NCBI GenBank assembly: GCA_035084275.1
Contig: CM068756.1
Span: 2,976,001 to 3,040,000 of the forward strand
Direction: 5' to 3'
Length of the DNA stretch: 64,000 nucleotides
From: Hydrolagus colliei
Taxonomy: Eukaryota
The translations under genes and the position numbers were made by a program. A model generated the notes under the pieces. It ran no database searches. It was not told the origin of the DNA and was given only the letters and a program-made list of their open reading frames with translations. Shown piece after piece: positions 12,151-24,760 of this stretch. Position 1 is the first letter of the stretch, and each line of letters begins with the position of its first letter.

Positions 12151-13084
12151 TCTTAGCAAAAACAGTTGTCGTGTTACTGACTGGGAGATTCCATTGCTGA
12201 TCTATCAGTGATACTCGCCATGCCTCAAAGCAAATGACTATTAATTTATTCTTCATTCTTAATCCAGTTTCAGGGTTTCCAATCTATTTCCCCTACTGAA
12301 CAAGTAAATATATTAGGCTGCTGAAGCACTCAAGCTTTGCCTCGAACATTTGAAAGTCCTTTCTTATCGTTTTTCCCTTTTTCAAAGAAAACTCATCCAA
12401 TATTGTTTTGCAAACAATCTGGATTTGGGTAAGTTGTTATAAAAATATATATTCACCCAAAAAAAAGCCTGTTTTGTTCCCGGAAAATCACGACAGCTGC
12501 CAACCGAAGGTTACGAGGCTTTGCAGTCTTCGGCATTAATCTCACCAGTCCTGTCTGTGCCTGTCATCTTTATCAGTTCCTCACACAGTGGACATAAACA
12601 TAGTCAGAGCACTACCTGGGGGTCAGTGTGTGGATGAGAGATCGGGTTGTGAAGGAAGTTCCCAGCGTTTATGGTGAGATTTCCTCTTCGAATGGGGTTC
12701 GAAACCTGGGATTGGCAGCTCCGAGAGAAAGTGTTAGCATGTCCAGCCCTGGGGACCAACGCGGTGCCAAAACTTCAGAAATAATAATAACAAAGTCATA
12801 AATTTTGAATAGTCGTCTGCAGCCTGTGGCATCCAAAAAGTAGTCAAACTTTCTGTGAAATATGTACACTGGTAATTTATGATTGTCACAGGCGGTAGGT
12901 ATATAACCAATAAAAAGGGGAGGTGAGAATGTTTGTTTAAAAAACCACACACAGACACACACACACACAGAAGTTTGTGTTAATGTGATATACCTTACAC
13001 TATATGCACATAATAGAATTTAAAAAGGAATTGAGTAAAGACCTGAGGAAATTTTTTATATTACATGGGTATGTGGGATGGGTA

Positions 13085-13400
13085 GGAGAGCAGGGAATGG
13101 GATAAATAATAACAATAATAATCTGTGCGTTTGATAGAGCACATTGCATGATGTCCCAAAATTACTTCACGGGGTTTATTGTGAAGTGTAGTAGCTGTGT
13201 GTATTTTGTCAGCCAACGCGGCAGCCACTTTATATACTTCAATGTCACGCAAACAGCCATTAAGTAAAAGAACAGATTTCTCTCTGGGTGTCTGTCAGAC
13301 CGGACTATTCTACTCTCCGGTGGGAGAGTGAATACCATCACAAGGCGCAATGGAGCGATCAGCCTCCTGTGCTGTAAATTTTGTATATTTTTTTGCATCG
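13085..13400 (-). mobile_element. Old SINE (tail plus degenerate Deu-like region)
   Basis: Tail motifs (aacgcggcagcca, aaacagcc) followed by a degenerate Deu-like sequence. Confidence 0.55.
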
Positions 13401-13849
13401 GAGACTAAGTTTGTTTCTCTTCTGAATAATAATTCAAACAATCTGCAAAAAAAAGTTCCACATCCAATTCCTGATGAATTCATTGTTTCTGATTACATCG
13501 TAAGATTACATCGGAATCGTAGCTTCCAATGAAAGAGAGCTTTCTTAAGTGAAAGCGATTGGAAAATTGTGGGGATTCAAATTTGATTTAAAAATAAGTG
13601 GTTCATGTTCATTTGATCAGAGGCACAATATCCGAGCCTGAGCATTGCTATGTTCCGACCATTATTTTTTATTTTTAGAAAGTTTTATTTACAAAGAACA
13701 CATTGAAAAAGACAACTGAAAGGGCTGATTATCCTGACAGCATGGCATATCATAATATACAAAGATTATTATTTTATTATATAAATGTAAACCTCACCAC
13801 TCAATGTTTCACCAACTGATACTTACATGGGAAAGGACATGATAATGAA

Positions 13850-14580
13850 TAATAATAACCTTCACGTTTGTTATAAGCGCCTTTCATGACAGGAGGAAGC
13901 ATCAAAGTGCTTCACAGGATATACAGTACTTTACCGTGACTGTGTATTTTGTCGGGGAAATGCGGGATCCGGTTGCCCACAACAATGCCCCATAAGCAGC
14001 CATAAAGTCAATGATCAATTTTATTTTGGCCAGAAACTCTCATCTCTTTTTGTACAGTATCATGGATCTTTAACATCTACCTGAACAGGCAGGTGGGACC
14101 TTGGTTTAACTTGTAGCTCAGTGGTTAGAGCACTCACCTTACAAACAGATGAGTGAGACCTGTGTTCGAATCCAGGCAGATCAGGGCGAAACCCTGGGAA
14201 AGTTTCCTTACTCCACATGCCTGATAATAATCCACCCCCCCCAAAAAAACACAACAATAAAAATTGGTCATTTCAATCCACGGCTGTTTGTGGGGACGCT
14301 TCTGTGCGCAATTGGATGCCTTGTTTCGCCCACAACTATACAGTCAATTCACTTTACAGTATATTCTGTGAAGTGCTTTGAGAGATCGATAAGATGTGCA
14401 AAGCGCTACATCAAATGCAAGGATTATTATTAATATTATTACTAACTTCTCATCCGATAATGCAACACACCCCAGCACTACCTTGGAGTCTCAGCTTACA
14501 CTGTATGATTCCAAGTCCCGACGTGGGGCTTGAACTCTCAATCTTCTGACTCAGAGGCGAGAATGCTACCACTGTCCCAG
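13850..14580 (-). mobile_element. Deu-domain SINE (SacSINE1/AmnSINE1-related), split by a younger SINE at 14113-14442
   Basis: catggatctttaacatctacctgaacaggcagg.gggaccttggtttaac | ctcatccga...gtggggcttgaactc...ttctgactcagaggcgagaatgctaccactg matches the reverse of the Deu core and tRNA-like head. Confidence 0.85.
14113..14442 (+). mobile_element. Near full-length young tRNA-SINE, flanked by TAACTT duplication
   Basis: A and B boxes and (att)n tail; taactt at 14107-14112 and 14443-14448. Confidence 0.95.
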
Positions 14581-15159
14581 GCAAAGGCACACAGGCAAAG
14601 GCAGCAAGCCAGTTTGCGCACAACAACATCCCTCAAACAGTCAGGTGGTGAATGACCAATTTGTCTGGAGGATTTTTTTTTGCAATAAACGCCAGTTAAA
14701 TTGCTTTTCTTTTATTAACAAAAACGAAAACGGACAAAGCAAAGATTCTAATTTCAACTGCTAATTGAAATTAAAGCGCTCTGAGACGCCATCCGGCGTG
14801 GAGGGCATTATATAAATCGAAGTTGTTGTTGTTGTTGTTGTAATTAGAAGGCTGTTGCTGTGCCCCTCTCTCAGGGAGAGGAACTTCCAATAAATGCCAC
14901 CAATTCCACTCGTTTTGAAGTCGTTTTGGTTTGCTTTTCAGAACGACTTTCAAGTTGAAACTGAATTCAACAATATGATTAATTCCGAGCACCCCGAAAT
15001 ACGGAGGAAATAAGAATAAATTTTGCCCTAAGTGGAATTTCTATACTTCGAAAATTTTAAAGTGAAATTTCTATCTGCAAAAAAAAAGCCTTGTAATCTG
15101 TCACCTTCTCTAAAGGCGTTGTTGCTCTAAATATTCTAGTTGTTACAGTTCGTGTAGTA

Positions 15160-15295
15160 ATATAATAAGACTTGCAATTGATTCAGTGTCTTATCACCTC
15201 AGTGAGACATCTCAAAGCGCTTCACAGGACATATTGTTGCGATAGCAATGGTGTGGTTCATAAGAAGATGCGATAGTCAATCTGCGCACAGTCGA
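15160..15295 (-). mobile_element. SINE 3' tail fragment
   Basis: cttgcaattgat...gacatctcaaagcgcttcacagga...tgcgcacag. Confidence 0.8.
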
Positions 15296-15338
15296 CAGCT
15301 GTGAAGAGAATGGCCTATAGTCGCATGATCAACATTAG

Positions 15339-15650
15339 TGGAGTTCCTGTAGCTCAATGGTTAGAGCACTCGCCTTAGAAGCGTGAGACCTGTGTTTCAA
15401 ATCCAGTCAGGTCAGGGCGAAACCTTGGGCAAGTTTCCTTACTCCACACACACGCCTGATAATTATCCGTCCCAAAAGAAAAGCAATAATGTTTGTGGGA
15501 CACACTGCTGGCCGTAATTGGCTGCCCCATTCCGCCCACAAATATACAATTCACTTTACAGTATATTCTGTGAAGCGCTTTGAGACACAGTCGATAAGAT
15601 GTGAAAAGCGCTGTATCAAATGCAAGGATTATTATTAGTAGTAGTAGTAG
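15339..15650 (+). mobile_element. Full-length young tRNA-SINE (small internal deletion)
   Basis: ggagttcctgtagctcaatggttagagc...caaatgcaaggattattatt; ATTAGT at both ends, expanded as (AGT)n on the 3' side. Confidence 0.95.
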
Positions 15651-16324
15651 ATGCAAGACGCACAGATGAGGTGAAAGAAAGAATTGGAGGGCAGTGATGG
15701 AAACCTGATCTAACGTGTTATTGTGGTATTGACAGTTAGGCCCGCGAGTTATCAGGTGGGAGCTATGATTCACCCAGGAGAAAAAACAACAGGTTTCACA
15801 GGAAAGTGGGATACGAGAGTCAAGAAGTGTTATCTTTCGAGCCATAAAAAAAACTGGTAGAGCGATGGCCGTGGGATCCCGTTGTTCAGTTGTGTATCTG
15901 CGTTCGTGGCCAAGAATAACAGCGCCTGGTATTTTTTATTTTTTCAGCATCTGCGATGTATATCTCTGACGAGAGAGTGACACCTTCGGCGTTTCCCCCT
16001 TCCCACCGCCCCAACCTGCCTCCCTCATCCACATCGCCTGCAGGCACTGACTCACTCTCAATGGCCTTTCTTAGGCGCTGCTCAGCGGAGGGGATACGAG
16101 GGGACCTCCCGGCCTTGCTTTTCCCTCCCTCACTCACCCTCTCTCCGAGTCCCACTTGTAGAGACCCCCTGAATAACGTCAACTACCTCAACACTGAACC
16201 GAAATCCAACCTTGTCAGGCCTTTACCAGCTGATCTAACAGGCAACATCGATCAGCATAGACATAGGGTGACCATATTTTGTAAACCAAATTGGATATGT
16301 ATGCGTCCTCGCATTTGATGCAGC

Positions 16325-16430
16325 AATTTCGCCCACAAATATACAATTCACTTTACAGTCTATTCTGTGAAGCGCTTCGAGACGTCTAGAAGACGTGAAA
16401 TGCGCTATATCAAGACGCAAGGATTGTAGC
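16325..16430 (+). mobile_element. SINE 3' tail fragment
   Basis: tttcgcccacaaatatacaattcactttacag...gaagcgcttcgagacgtc...gcaaggatt. Confidence 0.9.
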
Positions 16431-16679
16431 ACCTAATCACACCTTTGAAAAGTCTCAAAGGGCATCACTGTAATGACACATGCCGATTAAAAAAAAACAG
16501 CACTGGCCACAGCTAATATGCTGCTGGCTTGGCACTGGAGAAGCTTGTTGGATCAACGCTTCTGTCTATTTGATGAGTCTTTCTGTTAATGTTCTTGATC
16601 AGTTCGTTGCTCAACTCCAAGTCACACAGTACCTCCCCCCCCTGCAAATCGGATTGGCACAGTCGCCCTACCACAAAGC

Positions 16680-16920
16680 ATTCCCCGTCAGGTGTAGAAA
16701 TCGATGGATGCGTAACGGAGGTTAACGCTGTGGCTCACAGAGGGTTAATCTTTGCCAGTCTAATTGATACCAGCCACGGGGATCGGATCTAATCAGCGTA
16801 CCATTGCTCAGCAAGGACGCAACTCGTTAAATGTGGCACATTACAAATTAGCTTCACTTATTAAACGGATCAGTTCACCACGGGCTTTCAATGCGTATCT
16901 CGTGCACTTACACTAGAAGA
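16680..16920. promoter_or_regulatory. Candidate enhancer-like unique block
   Basis: Repeat-free, with TTAATC, CTAATTGA, CTAATCAG and AAATTAGC homeodomain-type motifs. Untested. Confidence 0.25.
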
Positions 16921-17064
16921 TAGTCAGTGCAGATATATATAAACTAGTGCAGCTGCCGCGGACTGATTAAAATCAGACCCCAGAGCAGTTTACTGGACAG
17001 AGAGAGAGAGAGAGAGAGAAAAGGCAGGGTTGGCTGTGCAGTCAGGGATGAACAATCTATCAAA

Positions 17065-17340
17065 ATATCATAATCCTTGCGCTTGATGTCAAAGTGCAAT
17101 AAAGTCAAGCTATCAAGTCGAAACAATTCCGAGGCAATTGCTGTCAAGTGTCATGAATGTGTACACACTTGTGGGCAAACACCAATTTGTGCGCTGAAGC
17201 AATGGCCCGCAAACAGCTTTGAAGCGAATGACGAATTCCTATCTGGGGGAATCTTTGGCCAAGACACAGAGAGATGGGACCTCGGTTTTAACATCTCAAA
17301 CAGCCAAAAGACGGCAGCTCCGACAATACAATCCTCCTCC
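17065..17340 (-). mobile_element. Old Deu-domain SINE fragment
   Basis: taatccttgc...cccgcaaacagc...gggacctcggtttaacatctca...aaagacggca.ctccgaca (reverse Deu core). Confidence 0.8.
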
Positions 17341-18114
17341 CACCACCACCCACCACCACCCCCACCTTCCCCCCTACCCCCCCACACCCATCCACTCCAC
17401 TCCTTGATGCTGTGAAGCACTTTGAGACATCCTGTCGATGCAAAAGAAACTACATCAGATATGAAGATGATTTATTGATTTATATATATAAGAGAATAAT
17501 CTGCTTCACCACAGATTGTTCTGAATCTTCCAGACTTTCGCGTGCTGGGGTGATTGATCAACAAGTATATTATTGGGTGATGTTATTCATGTTGAGGTGT
17601 GGGGGGGTGGGGGGAGGGGGGGTGTGATGGTGGGCGGTGGGGGGGTGAAGAGCGGGTCGAGGGGGCGTCACTGGATTCCGATAGACTGAGAATCACTTGG
17701 GAGAGGGACCTCCCAAGTTGGTTTGCGTCACTCGCGCTGTTGCAGCTCCGGCTGAACTGAGGGCGAGAGGGCATTTGACCTGCTGCCCGTTAACCCTCCC
17801 CGTTAACCCGTTAAGGTTCCAGGCGGGTTACGGTGTGTGATCACACTTGGTTTGTCAGACGGGAAGGCGAGGAGAGGGTTGGGGGTCTCGTGTAGTCATG
17901 TACAACAGAGCTCTCCCTCCACCCTACCCCCCACCAGTCCCTGGTTCCGTTTAACCCCTGTTTAGTGCTGTGTTTTATTGCTGTGTGATGGGAAACAAAT
18001 GTTCGCCCTGTTCTTTCCCAGTGTTAACCCTTTCACCTCAAGCCAATGTACTGCAGCCTGAGGGCAGCACATACAGGATTGTGGACATCAGTATTTTACA
18101 GGGGTGGTGTGGAT

Positions 18115-18134
18115 GGGGGGGGGGGGGGGGGGGG
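18115..18134 (+). repeat. Poly-G run (20 nt) within a G-rich tract
   Basis: Directly visible. Confidence 0.95.
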
Positions 18135-18349
18135 AGAGGGTAGGGGGAGGCAAAGAAAAGGGTTCGTTGGCCATAAGAAGTGACCGAGATTAGATTGTGA
18201 ACAGCAACCCTGCAATTTGGAGACACATTAAACTATTCAGGCAGCAAATTCGTGCTGTCAGTTTGAACATAATAATAATGGCAGGTTAAGAAATTGGCGT
18301 TCGCAACTCTGCATATTTGGCATTGATAGAATAATAATAATAAATTAAT

Positions 18350-19110
18350 ACTAGTATTAATAATAATAATCCTTGCATTTGATATAGTTCATTATCACAT
18401 CTTTCAAACATCTCAAAGCGCTTCACAGTCTACACTGTAAAGTCAATTGACTGCCCAGTTTATACGGTAATAGAGCAACTCTACAATGCATTCATTTCAC
18501 TGTTTCGAATCGATTGCACTCAGTCCATAGAGCCAGGGAGAGAGAGAGAAAAAGAGAGAGAGAAACCACAAGTTAAATCCATTTGGATTCTCAGTTATTA
18601 AAATAGCAAGTTCGGCTGAACTGAATTGTACACGACTTGCTTTTTTTTCGCCTTCAGAATTCCCTGTGCCTCTCTTTTCGTCTGACCTGTCAATCAGGGA
18701 ATTGTTGCACTGTACGCCAGGAATCAGAGCCAAGTTTCACTTCTAGGGAAGAGAAGTGTTTTTAAGCCTCACACGTTGCAGACGCCTATTCTGATCTCTG
18801 CCAATCTCTCCAGTGGAAAGGTAATAATAATAATAATCTTTACATTTGATATAGCGCTTTTCACATCTTAGAGATGTCTCAAAAGTGCTTCACGGATTAC
18901 ACTGTAAAGTGAATTGACTGTATAATAATAGTGAACCTTGGATTTGAAAGAGTGCCTTATCACGTCGTTGCAAAGTCTCAAAGCACTTCGCAGAATACAC
19001 TGCAAACAACAACAACAAAATTACATTTGTAGAGTGCCTTTCATGTCAGGAGGACGTCCCAAGGCGCTGAGTGAGGCTGATTGACTGTGTATTTTGTGGG
19101 GAAAAAAGCG
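18350..19110 (-). mobile_element. Cluster of four same-orientation SINE/LINE 3' tails (~18350-18460, 18820-18925, 18930-19005, 19005-19110)
   Basis: Repeated (aat)n cttgcatttgata...tctcaaag.gcttcac...cactgtaaagt units. The last has a (caa)n-type tail with ggacgtcccaaggcgct. Confidence 0.85.
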
Positions 19111-19879
19111 GGTGGGTGGTTGGTGGCATAGCGATTTGAGAAAGACTTTTTAAATTGCCTGGCTTCATTTTCCCATTCACTGTAAAAATGGAGCCTTGCA
19201 GTGCGATCGAGCAATGAGAGGCATCTCTGCAGCGCAGACTCCACCTGGCCTTTCCAGGGTTAGGAAGAATTGAAAGGTCAGACACAATTCGCTTCCTCGA
19301 ATTTCCAAACAAAAGTAAAGGCTGCAAGACGCCTTCAGTCGCTTTCAACAACTTTGCTGCCAAACGGAACAACGGCAAATTTACATTTATAGATTTATAA
19401 ACGGAAGAGGAGGCAACACACAGGAATGGGTAGTGGTCCCACTGATTTGGCAACCACTGTTTCCCAGGTTGTTTTCGAAATAAGTGTCGGCTTGGTATTT
19501 AGTTCTGCGTTTGAGACCAAGTTTCACCATGTTTGATGTGAGTTCTCCCAAGATTTATTCCCCCCCATCCCCAAGTAAAGCATCAGCGTTTGGCTTTGCC
19601 TGGTGATTTTTCAAGATGGCGAGAGTCAAAGGTTATCTTTTGTTGGGTCGTATAAGATTGCCTGCTGACCTCGTCTCCCCTCACCCAAACCATCTGCAAA
19701 AATCATTAGTGGCTTTTATTTCGCCCCCTTGAATTCCCAACATCTTTTTAGCCCTGATATCGGGTTACTGAGCGGGGAGAGCTGGCCATGTCTGAACGGA
19801 CCAGTGGAAAATGAAGGCCGTTTTGTTCTGAATGTCGTTGAGTAGGAAGAACGTTGCTGAACTTCCAACGGAATCAATC

Positions 19880-20100
19880 TTTCCGGCTTTGTTACATTCT
19901 GTTGTGCCAAGAGTCGGTATTTTAACCCTTGACGGTGTCCAGAGCACTCCAATAAAGAGACTTGCTGTGCGCAAATTAGCTGCCACATTCGCCCATAAAT
20001 GCACACAGTTTACATTGTTTACACTGTATCCTGCGAAGCACTTTAAGACATCTCGACAAAGTGATAAGGCACCATATATCAGATGCAAGGATATTATTCT
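19880..20100 (+). mobile_element. Old SINE (degenerate Deu region plus 3' tail)
   Basis: ttgctgtgcgcaaattagctgcc...gaagcactttaagacatc...atcagatgcaaggatattatt. Confidence 0.75.
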
Positions 20101-21842
20101 AAAACAGGGTGCATGGGAGGGGGCATGTCAGAACCACACACGGTTGATTCAGTATTTGATTTACTTATCGTTTGAACCTGCTGTTTCTTTCCCTTCACTA
20201 CCTTGATTCCTGGTACATTTTTGTGTGTGTTTGGCGTGTAAGTACGTCACTATTAGAGACTGCGTGTATTGTAATTCAGCAAAGATTCCAGACACATTCC
20301 CACCCTCCCTCACCCACACATTCTATTTTTAGGTTGAACTCCCGAGGCTCCACATTGATCACAGATTATGGCCCGAGGGGTATTTTTTTAAGTGCAAGGG
20401 ACTGATTTATACAATATGTGAAGAACAGAACCTCTCCCCACCTCCCCTTTCCCTCCACGTTGTCGTAGTGATGTAGCAAGTGATCCGCAAAGGCGAAACT
20501 GGTTTTGTTTTATTCCTGCTTGCTATCATTTACGTCGCCCGCATTGTACAGCCGATTCACTTGCATTACATTCAGTGAGATGTCTGGAAGACATGATAAG
20601 GCGTTATATCAGACGCATTGATGAATTATTATTATTACAATCAGCCAGGTTTTGCCATGGAGGGACAGAAGAGGGGGGAGAGAAAAGAGAAGGAAATTGA
20701 ACCGCTTCCCACCCCCCCAAAAAAAATGTCTTCACAAAACCTAAAGTGAACCTAAGGCAGCATAAAATTGCAAGAAGCATTTTGTTTAAGTTTTGCTTGA
20801 TCGTTTCATTCTACCAGCCTCCTTCCCCCATCCCACACCCCCCCCCCCCTCCCCCCCACCCCCCCCACCCACAACCCCACCAAAAAAAAGGCTTTACCTC
20901 CCACTTACTTGCCGATTGCTTCAACCCCAAGCATTGTTAATTCAATTTGTATTCATTCCCCGCATCTTTTGCCGTGCTATACATCAGTGTCTCACTTCAC
21001 CTGTGAAACCCTATGCTGTGAACTACTGTGTTATTCTATTACAAACTGGAGATTTATTTCGCTGTGACAAGCCTTCTAGGATTTTATGATGCACATGGCG
21101 CCACACCATTCTATTAACCTATTTGTTACTTTTATGCCACCAGCCTTCATCCTCCTTTGACATGGGTGCATCTGTTGCAAGTCATTCACGAGCTGAGCTC
21201 CTGTTTCATAGGGTAAAGCCTGTACGCTGTCTGACATTCAGCACCAAATAAATCCTCGACATAGGTGAGAGTTGGTGGCAGCCTCCTGTTATTCCCCCTT
21301 ATTTCTCTCTAAGCATCGCACGAGGCTAGAAGAGCTTAAACCGTATTGTTGTAGGTTTTATGCTGTAAACCCTTTGAATGCATTCTTGATTCTGTGGGAC
21401 AAATCTCGCGTCAACATAATGGGGGTGAAGTGAGAATTATATGATGAATCGTACAGACTGTCTCTTCCCTTTCCAAATCCCCCCGACCCCCCCCACCCCC
21501 ATCGCCCGCCTCTCCCCACCCCCCCACACCACCTCCGCTCGCCCTCCCTAAATAGTGTCAATACATGTGAAACAAATCATCTGGCTTTCTCTATGCCACA
21601 CATGTAGACCCTCCGCCAGGGTCTTGAGACGCACAGTGGGCCGGCAATGAGAGAACAGATCCTCACAGTGGTGTCGTGACAGCAATCTTACCCCGCTCAC
21701 TAGGTAGCACTTTAGATCCCTTCCCGACCTTTCTGTGTTTTTTTTTAAAAAAGGCTTTTGACAAAGAGTAATTGATATTTCACCCGCGCCGCTACAATTT
21801 TTTAATAGCCTTCAGGGATCGCGGCATAATCCGCACATGAAT

Positions 21843-22290
21843 TGGACTTCAGTAAAGCTCAGTGGTTAGAGCACTCGCCTTACAAGCGTTAGATCTGAGT
21901 TCGAATCTAGGCAGATCAGGGCGAAACCTTGGGCAAGTTTCCTTACTCCACACACACGCCTAATAATAATGAAACAAAAACAGAAGTTGCTGGGAAAACT
22001 GTTTCTGTTTTCGTTTCAGATTTCCAGGATCTGCAGTATTTTGTGTTTTTGTTTTCGTGTTCGCCTAATAATAATCTTTCCTCCCCAACAAGCACAATAA
22101 TAAAAAAAATTGTTCATTTCAATGCACGACTGTTTGTGGAGGACGCTGCTGTGCGCATTTGGCTGCCGGGTTTCGCCCACAAATATACAATCAATTCACT
22201 TTACAGTATATTCCGTGTAGCGCTTTGAGACGTTGATAAGATGTGCAAAAGCGCAATATCAAAATGCAAGGATTATTATTATTTATTATT
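21843..22290 (+). mobile_element. Full-length young tRNA-SINE carrying a 91-bp internal insertion
   Basis: Head aagctcagtggttagagcactcgccttacaagc, B box gttcgaatc, tail gcaaggattattatt. Interrupted at 21971-22061. Confidence 0.95.
21971..22061. mobile_element. Short partly palindromic insert resembling the shark Penelope-associated terminal repeat
   Basis: gaaacaaaaacagaa...ttctgttttcgtttc agatttccaggatctgcagtattttg, flanked by an exact cgcctaataataat duplication. Family assignment is from memory of a chondrichthyan repeat. Confidence 0.55.
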
Positions 22291-24214
22291 AAAGTGCTCC
22301 CACATGAAAATGACAACGATTTATGTTTTGTGAAGTGCCTTTCACGTCGGGAAAATGTCTCAAAATGGTTTAGTCAACTGACCCAAGTTGGTCAGAAAGA
22401 TGACTGAATGTGCGGTGGAAGTAATGGGACTTTAGTTGGATTTGAAAGCACGATACTAGTGCAAGGTAATTAGGCATGTTTCACGGTAACTGAACACATT
22501 TCTAAAGGATACAACCTTAATACTATAGAAATGCATTAAAATGAAGTACTAGCTCACTGAGACTACAGTGCTTGTAAAAGGAACAAACCTAAGCTTTATT
22601 TCAACTGTTTGTTAAATTATCTAATAAGAAGAAGAATAACTAATTAATGAATAATATTAAATTAACTAATAAGAACTGTATAATGCACAGAAAATAAATT
22701 GTAAAATATTGCTGTATATTTGAACAACTACTGTGAAGCAATTTTAAAACATCAGGTTTTCTGCTAATACTGTAAGCATTGCTTGCTATATTTTTCTGGT
22801 AGGTTTATCGTAAGGCAAAAAAAGTTGCAATATTATGACAATCCACTTGAAAGCTAAGGTCTCAGCGCCTGCAGAGTATCTGAGAGATTATTGTAATCGC
22901 TGGGTTCAGTTTTATATCAACTGCCATAGAAATGCGTTTCGCTTGCGTTATATATAGTCAATTTTCCTACTCGTCTTCATGGTGCCCCTCTCCCTCCCCC
23001 TCTACTCTTGTCCCTACCTGACTGTACAGCGCCTTGGGACGTCCTCTCGACGTGAAAGGCATTATATAAAAGTAAGTTTTGATTGATTTTAAAGTTTAAA
23101 AAAATTCTTGCCTTTCACAGTTCTATCTTATTCAATGGGATTATTTTTCCTTGATGCTTTTACACCCCTCTCCTCCTTTGCCCGCTGTTTAATAATGTCT
23201 TCGAATTTAAACGTTTGCGACTATTGATTAAAAGGTTTGTTTTTGAAAATGTCGCCAATTAAAACTCGTGTATTTTTTAAAATCACAATTGGCTTTCTGA
23301 GGTGTGAGAGCACGAGAGGAAATTATTGTTCATTTGCCCAGGGAAATTTTTTCAGGGGAACACGAAAAAAAACACTTAAAAAATGCCCTATATAACATAT
23401 CAAATATTCACCGATTCAATGTAAACACTTCCTGCGGGTCAAATAGAGGTCAAACATCTATTTTTCCAAATTAAAACAAACCCCCAAGTGACTTTTTGTT
23501 TCGCAGAGAACTGCTTCACTTCCCACGTCGTGATTGATTAGGGTTTCCCAGAGTTTAATATCAGTGTTACAAGTGGACGGTTTGGCAAGTTAAGGCTCTT
23601 TTGCAGTGATAGGGAGGAGAACGAAGACTTGGGCACTCTATCCCGCTGTACGCACCTGTGCGTTTCGTCTTCCAGTGCCGAGGTCGGCAACGGAGGAAGA
23701 CACTGAGAGATTTCAAGTCCAATATGAAATTGAATTAAGTTAAATTAAATGAAGGGACAGTTCGAAACCTCGCCAACTTATTGTGGTATGCGAGGAACGT
23801 GAAACTTGATAGGCAGCAGACATGAGCAGGAGTTCAACATGTTACTATAAGGAGCAGTTTCATTTTGTGATCTGCCGGAGGGGAAGGTTTCTATGGTGAT
23901 GGCATGAGCATTTCTAACAGTTACATTGTGTGTGGCTTGATTTGTTTTAGGCAGATCTATCCAGAGTCATCTAGGGTACATATCTTTCTCAGCTTCAATC
24001 CAGATGTGCTTGCACAGCCAAGGCCGATCAAAATGATAATATTGTTTACCCTGACATTCCCATATACTTCCAACCGTTGTGTTATAATTGGTTCGGCCTT
24101 AGGCTATGCTAATGACACGAGAGTGGAGGATCGAGTCATGTGGTATGTATTAGACCTCCTCTCACACTGTGTCGACTTGGGTGTTCTGTGAGCTGGTTGC
24201 TGTGCAGGGTGTCG

Positions 24215-24400
24215 AGGAATAATAATAATAATGAATTATTAATAACCATAACCCTTCCATTTGACATAGCGCCTTATCACGGCATTGAGACGTCTCGATG
24301 CGCCTCACTGAATGTACAGTAAAGTGGTTTGACTGTGTAGTTTGAGGGGCGAAATGCGGCAGCCCAGCAAACAGCCATGTGGGTGAAGGACTAATTTTAT
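24215..24400 (-). mobile_element. SINE 3' half
   Basis: (aat)n...catttgacatagcgccttatcac...gagacgtctc...gcgaaatgcggcagcc. Confidence 0.85.
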
Positions 24401-24479
24401 TTGGGGGTGGTGGGGGGGGTGGGGGGGGAATTGTTGGTCACACTGTTTGATTAAGCTTGCGTCTCCCACCAAACCGGTG

Positions 24480-24760
24480 GCATAGAAATAGGAGTAGGTG
24501 ATTCATCCCCTCGCGGCTGTACTGTACCTCAAGTCCGATTACCCTCCCTCCCTCCCCACCCCTTGCTCCGTATCCCATACCTTGACCTAACAAATAGCTA
24601 TCCTCCCGAGTCTTGAAGATGTGAATAGATCCAGATTCCACAGGCTTTTGAGGGGGAGGGAGAGGTTCAATCCACAAGCCTAACAGAGGAAGTATGTTAA
24701 AGCAGGTGAAATCTTCTACTTCAAGCAAAAGAAGCAAATGCAGCAGAGTGGCTGCGTTAA
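24480..24760 (-). mobile_element. CR1 LINE 3' end fragment
   Basis: catagaaataggagtagg..attca.cccctcg...gtcttgaa...gattccacaggctttt.agggg is a typical reversed CR1 3' UTR/ORF2 end. The supplied ORF contains PVESGSIHIFKTRED.YL. Confidence 0.7.

Noticed and set aside
23666-23702. Hairpin gtcttcc-agtgccga-gg-tcggca-acgga-ggaagac as a microRNA precursor
   Set aside because: The stem is too short and interrupted for a pre-miRNA, and no known mature sequence was recognised.
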